NCBI GenBank assembly: GCA_041491905.1
Contig: JBGPVY010000001.1
Location: 1 to 45,931 of the forward strand
From: Nitrospiraceae bacterium
Lineage (GTDB): Bacteria > Nitrospirota > Nitrospiria > Nitrospirales > Nitrospiraceae
Reading direction: 5' to 3'
DNA length: 45,931 nucleotides
The position numbers and the translations under genes were made by a program. Below, one piece after another: positions 1 to 8,103 of this stretch. Position 1 is the stretch's first letter. Each line of letters opens with the position of its first letter. The notes beneath the pieces were generated by a model. That model did no database searches. It was not told the origin of the DNA and saw only the letters and a list, made by a program, of their open reading frames with translations.

Positions 1-174
1 AAAGACGACTATCTAAAAAAAGCCGGTATTCATGCTCAGACCAATGCGGGCGTGGTCTCGCTGAGCGGCGAGGTTCAGGATTTCAAGACCAGTGCCCAAG
101 CGTCCTGGACTGCCTGGCAGGTCCCCGGCGTGAAATCGGTGAAGAACGATCTCACGGTGAAGGAGAAGGCCTAA
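1..174 (+). CDS. BON-domain stress protein, 3' fragment (start lies upstream of the window)
   Basis: Frame +1 reads KDDYLKKAGIHAQTNAGVVSLSGEVQDFKTSAQASWTAWQVPGVKSVKNDLTVKEKA*. The tail is almost identical to the BON paralogs at 10765-11340 and 17112-17670. Confidence 0.7.
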   Translation, partial: KDDYLKKAGIHAQTNAGVVSLSGEVQDFKTSAQASWTAWQVPGVKSVKNDLTVKEKA

Positions 175-297
175 GGTCTTACTCCCAAGACACGCGAGCT
201 CTACGTCCGTCGATATCCGACCACAGTGGTGTCGACGGACGACAGAGATTCTCGCTGAGTTAACTACTATGAACACGGCAGCGTGAGGAGGTGAACG

Positions 298-555
298 ATG
301 AGTAAGGAAACCACCGTCAATCGAGCCTCGCCGGCAAAGCCGGCCGCCACGTCTCATGCCGGTCCTGGCAGTGAGAAGACAACTCCCGGTGAACAGGCCG
401 TAAGGCGTGCTGAGGTTCATCAAGGTCGCGTTGCGCAACGCGCTTACGAACTGTATGAGCAACGGGGACGACAAGAAGGCCGGGCTCTAGAAGACTGGTT
501 GAACGCGGAATCGCAACTGCTTGGGCGCGGGATTCAAGGTCAGGCATGGGTATGA
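298..555 (+). CDS. DUF2934-like small protein
   Basis: 85-aa ORF with GAGGAGG a few nt upstream of the ATG. RAYELYEQRGRQEGRALEDWLNAE matches the DUF2934 signature as I recall it. Confidence 0.65.
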   Translation: MSKETTVNRASPAKPAATSHAGPGSEKTTPGEQAVRRAEVHQGRVAQRAYELYEQRGRQEGRALEDWLNAESQLLGRGIQGQAWV

Positions 556-860
556 CCTATAGGCGCCGGTCGTCTCGTTGTTTCCTGCCTTCCTCCAGGA
601 GGTGCCTCATGCGCGCTTCATTCTGGCGACGGTGCTGCCACTGCGACGCTTCATCCTCTCGCTCTGCACGGTCGTGCGCGTTCGGCCTGCGCACCGTGTT
701 CCGAGGCGTACACCTGCGTCGTCCTCACCTGTCTCATCGCGACGCTCATGAACAAGTCAGAACTCGTCCGAGCGTGACGGGCCAAACGAGGTGGGAACCC
801 AATCTGTCCACGTCGCGCCTTTCTCGCATGTTTCGCGCTTCACGCGCTACGGTCTGTGGC

Positions 861-885
861 GCTGGCGGACTTTTTCAGCATCCTG
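861..885 (-). repeat. Copy of the CAGG(A/C)TGC(T/G)GAAA repeat family, abutting the stop codon of the crp-like gene
   Basis: Minus strand reads gac-TAG-CAGGATGCTGAAAAAGTCCGCCAGC. The same core occurs at 3535, 18528 and 32191, and inverted at 16646, 18710 and 44114. Confidence 0.5.
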
Positions 886-1542
886 CTAGTCGTGGAGGAC
901 GATATTAAGGAGGGAGCTGTGCACGTACAACCCGCCGCCGTTGTAGTCAATGAAGCCCAGTTTGCGGAACTTATTCATGAAGAAACTGACGCGGGAGCGT
1001 GTGGTGCCGATCATCTCGGCGAGCATTTCCTGACTGACCTTCGCGACCACCGGCTCCGGCTTGCCTTCTTTCCCAAAGTGGGCCAGCAGCAGGAGGATCC
1101 GCGCCAGCCGCTTCTCGCTGGAATTGAAGAGTTGATCCACCAAATCCTCTTGGATGCGAATCGAGTGAGCCAGCAGATAGGACATAAACAGCTCGGCGAA
1201 CGAGGGCTCCTCGTGCAGCACACGGAGCATGGCGTCTTTGTCGATGCGCACGAGACTGGAGTCTTCCAGGGCGGTCGCCGTCGCCGTCCGAACAGTCTGT
1301 CCGGCAAGGCAGGATTCCCCCAAAAAGCTGCCCTGCTCCAGAATCGCGACGACGGCTTCTCTGCCCTGCTGCGAAACCACGGTCAACTTGACCTTGCCCC
1401 CCTGGATATAGAACACGGCGTCCGCCGCATCCCCTTGCGAATAGAGAACCTGCTTCTTGGGGGGCGTCAGACTCGTTTTGCCGCTCCCCACTTTGCTGAG
1501 GAACGTCTGGGGATTAAACGGCGTGGTTCGTTTGCGTGCCAT
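886..1542 (-). CDS. Crp/Fnr-family transcriptional regulator (cNMP-binding domain + C-terminal HTH), paralog group A
   Basis: 218 aa. Contains AVFYIQGGKVKLTVVSQQGREAVVAILEQGSFLGESCL (cNMP-binding beta-roll) and TTRSRVSFFMNKFRKLGFIDYNGG (HTH). Close paralogs at 25155-25889 and 44295-44948. Confidence 0.9.
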   Translation of the reverse strand: MARKRTTPFNPQTFLSKVGSGKTSLTPPKKQVLYSQGDAADAVFYIQGGKVKLTVVSQQGREAVVAILEQGSFLGESCLAGQTVRTATATALEDSSLVRIDKDAMLRVLHEEPSFAELFMSYLLAHSIRIQEDLVDQLFNSSEKRLARILLLLAHFGKEGKPEPVVAKVSQEMLAEMIGTTRSRVSFFMNKFRKLGFIDYNGGGLYVHSSLLNIVLHD

Positions 1543-1603
1543 GGGCTTCCTCTACATCAACGTCCTCCGCGCGAATACGACACTCCGTGCACCAAAAGTA
1601 CGC

Positions 1604-2395
1604 CTACAACAGGACGCGCGCAAATTCTTCTTTGATGATCCGATAGCAATCGCAGGAAGACGCTTCAAGTCCCTTCCAGTCGAGTACGGTGATCTGGTTA
1701 CGACCGTGCTTGATCAGGCCGGCTTTTTCGAGCGCTCCCGTGACAATGTTCACTCTGGCACGGCTCACGCCTAGCATTTCCGATAGGAACTCCTGCGTGA
1801 AGGCAAACACATCCCCATTCGTTCGGCCATGCATCATGAGCAGCCATCGGGCATATCGCTCTTGTACTGAATGTAAGCTGTTGCACCCCCCTGAAAGAGC
1901 GATTTGCATGAGAAGAGCGTGCGTGTAGCGACGCAGGATTGTGTCGAAGTGTTCGTCACTCTTCGCCGCCTGTTTAAAATCTTCGGCGCTCATCCGTCGG
2001 GCCTCACCGGAGACCTGCGTGATCCCAAGGGATACCGCCACATCTATTCCCAAAAAGGCCGGAATCCCAAGCACACCTTCATTCCCCACGGTGGCAATTT
2101 CGATGGTCGCTCCATTCTTCATCTCCGTCATCATGGAAATGACACACGTCAGCGGGAAATACACCGAGGTGATGGGGCCCCCTGGGTGATACAGAATGTC
2201 TTTCACTGAAAGCGAGACTCGTTGCGTTTTGGCGATGAGCCGCTCCCTGCTTGCCCCTGGCAACGCAGCGAGCAGCCCATTGGCGGGTGCATCGTCCACC
2301 CCACCCTTATGCAAAACCACCTCCGTTGTGGAAACGCTTATAAGCATGTCGCAACGACTCGCAATCAGATACGAGGAACTCTGGGAGGTATCCAC
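1604..2395 (-). CDS. Crp/Fnr-family transcriptional regulator (divergent type), in tandem with 886-1542
   Basis: Contains SVYFPLTCVISMMTEMKNGATIEIATVGNEGVLG and a C-terminal HTH (FTQEFLSEMLGVSRARVNIVTGALEKAGLI). The start could instead be the internal Met (MLISV...). Confidence 0.85.
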   Translation of the reverse strand: MDTSQSSSYLIASRCDMLISVSTTEVVLHKGGVDDAPANGLLAALPGASRERLIAKTQRVSLSVKDILYHPGGPITSVYFPLTCVISMMTEMKNGATIEIATVGNEGVLGIPAFLGIDVAVSLGITQVSGEARRMSAEDFKQAAKSDEHFDTILRRYTHALLMQIALSGGCNSLHSVQERYARWLLMMHGRTNGDVFAFTQEFLSEMLGVSRARVNIVTGALEKAGLIKHGRNQITVLDWKGLEASSCDCYRIIKEEFARVLL

Positions 2396-2792
2396 TCCAC
2401 CTGGACCGGTTCCTTGCTCGACGTAATCCTACACTAACACCCGCTCGTTTGTCTGTCATCAACGTTACACTCCGGGAGGCAACACGGTATACCGCGGAGT
2501 GCTGACCCGTGCGCGTACGAATGCCGTTGGCAGGAAACTTCATGTCGACTTGGTGACCTGCGACAGGACATCGTGCCATGAATCTTCGATGCCAGCAATG
2601 CTCTTGATAGATGATGACGCGACCTTTCTAAATGGGAAACTGGGGAGAGGACTAGATATGTATCTCTCCTTGTGAAGGAAATGAGTATGAAAAAACGGGT
2701 TGGTGTTGTCAATCGGGAGGCGACCACGCTGACATTTCTTGAGAACGAGCGTGTGCGGTGAGCGAGCCCCACCTATTCATCTCACGGACCCG

Positions 2793-3053
2793 TTATTTCT
2801 TCTGTGGGAGGACTTCATTTCCAATTTTACTCTTGTCTCTTTCAATCTCGCACGCACCGTTCTCGCAGACCTTCGCTTTTGCTTACTGTCTCTCCGTACA
2901 AGAATTCTTATCCTCTTGGCTAATGGCATTATCGAGGCATGGCTTCAGCTGTTCCTGAGCTGCCTTGAGACGGTCTACGCAAGGGCTATGTGCGTAGACA
3001 GGAGCGCCAAGAAACAGTAGTAAGAACAACGCGAACGCGAGTTTTACGTTCAT
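2793..3053 (-). pseudogene. Small Cys-rich secreted protein, truncated by a CAA->TAA nonsense codon at 2883-2885
   Basis: Reads MNVKLAFALFLLLFLGAPVYAHSPCVDRLKAAQEQLKPCLDNAISQEDKNSCTERQ-TAA-AKAKVCENGACEIERDKSK.. and continues in frame to 2793. The intact paralog at 5609-5869 has CAA at the same codon (gcttGctg vs gcttActg on the + strand). Confidence 0.6.
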
Positions 3054-3129
3054 AACAGTGCCTCCCGTGAGAAGTGCCGAGGAAACATCCACCGCGCACC
3101 GATGAATACTGCCCAATGGTTCATTGACA

Positions 3130-3450
3130 TATCGCTGACCGTGGCCGAGCGTTATTGGATTCAAGCGATTTGGTCGGTGAAGCGCGTTCACTTCTGCTTT
3201 GCTCGCGACATTGTGTCCGAGCGTGAACTCCTTGTCGCTCGGAGGCCCAAAGGAACGTTGGTCTCATGGACTACGTCTTTGCGAGCCCAAATGGCAAGTT
3301 TCAAGCCGTGCTGCATATCGAACAATGCGACAGCACCATAGCTTCAACCTCCGTGCCGATGATTCTTCGCATCGGCAGACCGAGTCCCTCTCGATAGAAC
3401 GTCAGCGATCGTTCTACATCGTCCACCCGATGGTGATGCGTGGTTTCACT
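3130..3450 (-). pseudogene. VOC / glyoxalase-family gene remnant with at least three frameshifts
   Basis: Three different minus-strand frames give ITIG / VDDVERSLTFYREGLGLPMRRIIGTEVE / GAVALFDMQHGLKLAIWARKDVVHETNVPLG / PPSDKEFTLGHNVASKAEVNAL. Each frame switch sits at a short homopolymer (ggg, t, ggg). Confidence 0.5.
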
Positions 3451-3534
3451 TTATCTCCACGGTCCCGCCCACGCGCATGAAGGAGAAGAAACTTGAGATC
3501 AGTACCTATACACAACATGATGCCTCGTCACTAG

Positions 3535-3652
3535 CAGGATGCTGAAAGAGTCTGCCAGCCTCTCACGTGGACGACGCGCAATCCCTGATTCCGAGTGTCT
3601 CGCCTTTCCCGCCAGTCTCGCGTGGCTCGTGCGGCTATCCTGCGCAGCCCGG
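3535..3652 (+). mobile_element. 118-bp MITE-like insertion flanked by a 9-bp direct repeat CGTCACTAG
   Basis: CGTCACTAG occurs at 3526-3534 and again at 3653-3661. The element ends are imperfect inverted repeats (CAGGATGCTG... / ...CCTGCGCAGCCCG). The right-hand repeat copy contains the stop codon of the gene at 3658. Confidence 0.5.
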
Positions 3653-3657
3653 CGTCA

Positions 3658-5301
3658 CTAGCGCCATTCGACGGCGCCGAACCCAGTGCTTCCAAGGAAG
3701 GTGTAGGCAAGGGTGACGGTTCCCACCGTCTGGTGCCTGTCGGGCAGGTCGGGATACTGCGCATCCCGCTGCGACGCGACGTACTTGAGCGCGATGGCAT
3801 GGCGGTCATACACACGCACGGTGAACGATGCCGTCCCGCGGGCGATGGTCTCCGATCCTCGATTCTCGGTGGAACCCACGCCGCTGACGTAGTACTCGTG
3901 CGCTGTCACGTTGACCATGGCCCTGTCGCCGAGAATGAGACGGAGCTCGAGGAGCGCCTGCGGGGTGGCCCCGTAGTGATAGTCGCGTTCACCCGAGCCG
4001 TGGATGGTGCCCGCCGCGCCGTAGCCGACGCCGCCGAGGGCCGTGCCCTGGAGCGCCACCGCCTGCGAGAGCCACCACTGGGCGGTGGTACCGAGGTTGA
4101 GGGCCGTGCTCGAGACGCGAAAGACCTGCGGCGAGATGTAGTCGTAGGTCCCGTAGAGGCCCCATACCCCGCGATAATAATCACCTACTCCGTACGGCGC
4201 TCCTACAAGGAGGCCCCGGATGACAATGTTCTCGAAGGTGTTGGCGGTGGAGGCGGTGAATTGGAAGTTAAAATAATCGAATGGACGTGTGTAGCTATAG
4301 CCGGGCTTCCCTGGCAGCCCGTAAGCCAGTTGGAAGTCTGCGGTCGCCTCATTCTCTCTGAAACGCGAAACGATGCCGTGGCCCCTCATGACTGTATTCA
4401 AGCTTGTGCCGAGCTGAAACCGCGTAGAGATGGCCGGATCGTGGCTTGGGAACACGGCGTCGAACCGATTGCCGAAGACGAGGCGGTTGAAGCCGGTGGG
4501 CGGCGAGAGCGCCGCCGCGCCCAGCTCTCGCCAGAACCCGGGCGGGCCGCCGTCATTCTCGAGCAACAGGCTGGCCATCCGGAAGAGCGGTTCTCCCAAG
4601 AAACTTCCCGCGATAGGAGTCGTGATCTGGTCGTTGATGGAGGGAGGCCCGGTCTCGCCCCCCAGCTCCCAGAGAACGCTGCCGGCGGTGGCATACCCGA
4701 ACGATTCCCAGAAGCTGAGGCCGGTCGATCGCGCTAATCCATAATAGATCGATCCCCCATAGGGATGCAGGAACTGGTTCGTACCGAACGGGTCCCTGTC
4801 GACCACCCACTTGGAATCGGTCAAGTTCTTCCAGAACGACTTGGTGCCGGTACGGTATATATCCTTCGGGTCGGTGAAGTGCCGGTCAAACTGATTCAAC
4901 AGGAAGAGGTATCCGATAAGCTCGACAGCCGGGATAACGTAGCTCTTCCCAGCCCCGGTCTCCCAGTTCAGGAGCTGTTTTGGCCCCTCGTCGGGGGTAG
5001 GCGGGCCGATGGGAGCAGCCTGTGGCGCTGTCGGCGATGTAAGCGCGTCGGAGGAGGTGCGCTCCTGTGCGAAGCCTACACCCGGCGTTACGAGGGCGAG
5101 GGCGAGGGCACCGGTGAGGAGCGCCCAAAGGAACTCACTAGCATGCGGGGATCTGCTCACCTCCAGCGCGTTGCCGAACCGGCCCTCGGGGACTGCGCGT
5201 GTCTCGATTACTGGGTGCGGCTGATCAACTGAATAGCTCCTCGGAATAAAACCGGACGAGACTGGCTCATGTTCATGCAAGCCCGTTCTCCCAATAGACA
5301 T
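3658..5301 (-). CDS. DUF3943-like outer-membrane protein (start uncertain: 5160 GTG, 5301 ATG or 5436 ATG)
   Basis: Signal-like FLWALLTGALALALVTPGVGFAQE. The block SYVIPAVELIGYLFLLNQFDRHF...FGTNQFLHPYGGSIYYGLARSTGLSFWESF resembles DUF3943. The C-terminal half is beta-rich with alternating aromatic residues. Confidence 0.7.
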   Translation of the reverse strand: MSIGRTGLHEHEPVSSGFIPRSYSVDQPHPVIETRAVPEGRFGNALEVSRSPHASEFLWALLTGALALALVTPGVGFAQERTSSDALTSPTAPQAAPIGPPTPDEGPKQLLNWETGAGKSYVIPAVELIGYLFLLNQFDRHFTDPKDIYRTGTKSFWKNLTDSKWVVDRDPFGTNQFLHPYGGSIYYGLARSTGLSFWESFGYATAGSVLWELGGETGPPSINDQITTPIAGSFLGEPLFRMASLLLENDGGPPGFWRELGAAALSPPTGFNRLVFGNRFDAVFPSHDPAISTRFQLGTSLNTVMRGHGIVSRFRENEATADFQLAYGLPGKPGYSYTRPFDYFNFQFTASTANTFENIVIRGLLVGAPYGVGDYYRGVWGLYGTYDYISPQVFRVSSTALNLGTTAQWWLSQAVALQGTALGGVGYGAAGTIHGSGERDYHYGATPQALLELRLILGDRAMVNVTAHEYYVSGVGSTENRGSETIARGTASFTVRVYDRHAIALKYVASQRDAQYPDLPDRHQTVGTVTLAYTFLGSTGFGAVEWR

Positions 5302-5572
5302 AGTTTGCACCGCTGTTTCTGAGCAAGACCTTGAGATGCGTGACGCTAGATCATGTGTGACCGCTTGTGACGGGTAGTCAGACTCAACCTGGTCCACCGC
5401 GAGAGGTTTATTCGAGTCTTGCACGTAACTGGCCATGTGTTCCCCAATCTCAACGTCCCCAATGGCACCGTGATCTCTTGATTCACGTCAGGAAAGGAGG
5501 TCTCGAGCGCGAGGTCACGATGCAGGGGGTGTCCCATCACCACGCTGACATTTCTTGAGAACGAGCGTATGC

Positions 5573-5589
5573 GGTGAGCGAGCCTCACC
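5573..5589 (-). terminator. Conserved hairpin 3' of the small Cys-rich protein gene (no U-tract)
   Basis: GGTGAG-gctcg-CTCACC. The duplicate at 2757-2773 keeps the stem only as a G-U pair on the minus-strand RNA. Confidence 0.3.
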
Positions 5590-5608
5590 TTCTCACCTCA
5601 AGGACCAG

Positions 5609-5869
5609 TTATTTCTTCTGTGCTAGGACGTCATCTGTATTTTGACTTTTGGCTCTTTCAATCTCGCACTCACCACTCTCGCAGGCCTTCGCTTTTGCTT
5701 GCTGTCTCTCCGCACAAGAATTCTTATCCTCTTGGCTAATGGCATTACCGAGGCATTGCTTCAGCTGTTCCTGAGCTGACTTGAGACAGTCTACGCAAGG
5801 GCTTTGTGCGAATACAGGAGCGCCAAACAAGAGGATTGGGAACAACGCGAACGCGAGTGTGACGTTCAT
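5609..5869 (-). CDS. Small Cys-rich secreted protein (intact paralog of 2793-3053)
   Basis: MNVTLAFALFPILLFGAPVFAQSPCVDCLKSAQEQLKQCLGNAISQEDKNSCAERQQAKAKACESGECEIERAKSQ... Has a signal peptide, and GGGAGG lies 7 nt upstream of the ATG at 5869. Confidence 0.65.
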   Translation of the reverse strand: MNVTLAFALFPILLFGAPVFAQSPCVDCLKSAQEQLKQCLGNAISQEDKNSCAERQQAKAKACESGECEIERAKSQNTDDVLAQKK

Positions 5870-5972
5870 GACAATACCTCCCGTGATAAATGCCGAGGAC
5901 ACATTCACAGCGTGCCAATTGATTCCTACGCAATGGATCCTTTGAATAACGCTGAACGTGTCTCTCCGCGTA

Positions 5973-6509
5973 TCAGCCGCGATTACCCAACTTGATGGCA
6001 GATTGGATTTCGGCGAGGACGCGCAACTTTTGTGTCATGTCTAGGCCCTGAGATTCCGCAAGATCATGGGCACAGAACTGCAGGAGGGGGATCAGCGTGC
6101 GGCACTCATCCCGCAGATGTTGATCGAAGGTGAAGCGCCGCAAGCTGGGGTCGACCATCTGACAGGCCTCACGTTCATACAGGGGATCGGCATGATCGAG
6201 CCGGCGCAGCGTCTCCACTTCCTTCTCCAACGAGGCCCTAAGTTGTTTGGTCAGCGCGAGAAGGAAGTCCAACCGTAGGCGGCCGTCAGTCCATTGGGTG
6301 GCGATGTGCTCATCGAGAGACGAATCGGGCACGACTGCCCTGCGGATCGTGCCGTTGGTGGCACGATTCCATTGTCTCAACCATTCACGGGCGATTCCGA
6401 GTGAATTATAGATCACGGCGACGCCGGCTACAGTGCCCAACAACAAGATGAGAACGAAGGTAATGTCCAGATTCTGCATAATGGCTGGCCCGTGACCGTT
6501 GCCGTTCAC
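5973..6509 (-). CDS. Hypothetical membrane-anchored protein (alternative start at 6479)
   Basis: One N-terminal TM segment (ITFVLILLLGTVAGVAVIY) followed by a helical soluble part. Sits 17 nt downstream of the OmpA-like gene on the same strand. I recognise no family. Confidence 0.5.
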   Translation of the reverse strand: MNGNGHGPAIMQNLDITFVLILLLGTVAGVAVIYNSLGIAREWLRQWNRATNGTIRRAVVPDSSLDEHIATQWTDGRLRLDFLLALTKQLRASLEKEVETLRRLDHADPLYEREACQMVDPSLRRFTFDQHLRDECRTLIPLLQFCAHDLAESQGLDMTQKLRVLAEIQSAIKLGNRG

Positions 6510-6525
6510 TCATGAGAGTGTCCGG

Positions 6526-7059
6526 TCAAATTCCTGCGTACAGAACAATTTCGACGCGTCGATTCAGTTGCCGCCCGTCTTCAGTCTCATTGCTCGCGAT
6601 CGGCCGGATGTCCCCATACCATTCGACAATAAAGCTCTGCGAATCCACTCCGTCCCCCTTCAGCGCACGTACTGTTTGAGTCGCTCGGGCTTTGGATAAG
6701 GCCAACTTCTCGAAATACTGGCTGGAGCCATCGGAGGCCGAGGCCTTGTCAGCGTGCCCTGCCACTCGGATTTCCTTGAAAGAAGCCGTCTTAAAGAGAA
6801 CTCCCATCTGCTTCAACACTTCGATGCCATCCGGCTTGAGCTCATAGCTTCCGGCATCGAAGAGCAGTCGTTCAGCAATCACGACGGTAAGATGGTCGCT
6901 GGCCCGTTGCATCGTGATGTCACCATCGCGCAATGCCGTTCGAAGGACTTGCTCCAACTCATTCTGCACCTGCCTCAGCCGTTGCTCAGCCCTGTCTGCA
7001 CAGCCGATCGCTAGAGTCAGGCTCATCAGAACACTCGCAAGGAACGTCACGGTTTTCAC
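6526..7059 (-). CDS. OmpA/MotB-domain lipoprotein
   Basis: Lipobox LTLAIGC. C-terminal part has LLFDAGSYELKPDG...IRVAGHAD...LSKARATQTVRAL...NRRVEIVL, typical of OmpA-like peptidoglycan-binding domains. Confidence 0.85.
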   Translation of the reverse strand: MKTVTFLASVLMSLTLAIGCADRAEQRLRQVQNELEQVLRTALRDGDITMQRASDHLTVVIAERLLFDAGSYELKPDGIEVLKQMGVLFKTASFKEIRVAGHADKASASDGSSQYFEKLALSKARATQTVRALKGDGVDSQSFIVEWYGDIRPIASNETEDGRQLNRRVEIVLYAGI

Positions 7060-7204
7060 GGTCTCTCTCCCTCTATCACACGCGTGTCACCGAACTGATC
7101 ATGCACCTCCACATCCATGACGAGAACCGGACACGTCCCGCTACGATGCCTTGTGTATGGAGACAGGTCCCATGATTTATACCATGAACGATGAGAAGAT
7201 CGGC

Positions 7205-7444
7205 GCATTGCTGCACTCTCTTGGTTCCACTGAACTGCAACGCTAAGCCGCCGACGAGTGCCAATTCCCCGACAAGGGGCAGTCAGCGGAATGGTCCCTT
7301 TCTTGTCGACCGTGTCTTGGAGAGGGCCGAGGTCGATCACCTTTTCGTTGGTTGTGTAGGGGATGCCTTGTAGGCGAACGCCACGACGCCGAGCATGATG
7401 AGCGCAATGATGAGCGCAATGCCGAGAATCGCTAGAGTTTTCAT
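7205..7444 (-). pseudogene. Small two-TM membrane protein (YTTxEKVIDLGP type) split over three frames
   Basis: Frame a: MKTLAILGIALIIALIMLGVVAFAYK. Frame b: GIPYTTNEKVIDLGPLQDTVDKKGTIPLTAP. Frame c: LVGELALVGGLALQFSGTKR. The switches occur at aagg/c and cccc runs. Confidence 0.4.
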
Positions 7445-7554
7445 AGTCATGTCCTTCGCATGAGGCCACACCGCCTGCTTCTTCCGCGCGACGCCAGTCC
7501 CTGACCACCGACCAGGGATGCCGCGCGAGGGCTCCAACAGTCGTCAACGGTCTC

Positions 7555-7719
7555 TCAGTGCGCCGGCCTATCGAGCCGACCGGTTAGGGCCAGGATGACC
7601 AGAACAGGAGAGTTAACTCAGCCCCCACTTGGGCAATATCCCCGGCTCGCGCTGTGCGGCCAAGTGGGCAGTACGCCAACGAGCAACAAAATCAGCACGA
7701 CGGTCACAATAATCGTCAT
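7555..7719 (-). pseudogene. DUF3309-like small membrane protein with an in-frame TGA at codon 34 (7618-7620)
   Basis: MTIIVTVVLILLLVGVLPTWPHSASRGYCPSGG-TGA-VNSPVLVILALTGRLDRPAH*. Compare the intact paralog at 18712-18864. Below the ORF-track size cutoff. Confidence 0.55.
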
Positions 7720-7782
7720 CTCGTGTCTCATTTTCTCACGCGTTCACCCGCGGCCTATCATCTGTGACTATGCACTACGCCG

Positions 7783-8103
7783 TCATGCCTTTTTCTCGCC
7801 AGACAGCCGTTCACGCTCCCACTGCATGGCCGTGCGCCCGGCCTCGACCGCCTCGGTGACCACCGCCTGCTTGTCTTTGATGAACTCGCGTCCATTGTCC
7901 ACCGCCTGGTCCATGACCTGGGTGGCCGTATCGGCCAACTCATGGACACGCTCTTCGGCTCGCCGCGCATACCCGCGCAACTGCTCCCGTGACTCACGAC
8001 CCGACTGCGGCACCACCAACAGCGCCACCGCAGCCCCCACCAACCCTCCACTCACAAACGCCAATCCCACCGCTCCCAGTGAACACCCTCTATCATCTGC
8101 CAT
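7783..8103 (-). CDS. YtxH-domain general stress protein
   Basis: MADDRGCSLGAVGLAFVSGGLVGAAVALLVVPQSGRESREQLRGYARRAEE... GGAGGG lies upstream of the ATG at 8103. Overlaps the stop of the DUF948-like gene by 11 nt. Confidence 0.75.
   Translation of the reverse strand: MADDRGCSLGAVGLAFVSGGLVGAAVALLVVPQSGRESREQLRGYARRAEERVHELADTATQVMDQAVDNGREFIKDKQAVVTEAVEAGRTAMQWERERLSGEKKA

Noticed and set aside
546-908. 120-aa Arg/Ser/Cys-rich ORF and the small minus-strand ORFs in the 556-885 spacer.
   Set aside because: Composition typical of non-coding GC-rich DNA, no Shine-Dalgarno sequence, no family resemblance. The region more likely holds a decayed repeat copy downstream of the crp gene.
2401-2420. 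CTGGACCGGTTCCTTGCTCG upstream of the crp tandem as a 14th copy of the element.
   Set aside because: It shares only CTGG.C and TTGCTC, with a spacer 3 nt longer, and has no phased -10-like hexamer.
3595-4737. 380-aa plus-strand ORF, and similar long ORFs (856-1635, 7595-8386, 17092-17802, 22721-23290, 23551-24129, 29867-30685, 34790-35425, 36149-36865, 39112-39711).
   Set aside because: All are antisense shadows of well-supported genes in GC-rich DNA. They are rich in Arg, Pro, Gly and Ala and have no recognisable domains.
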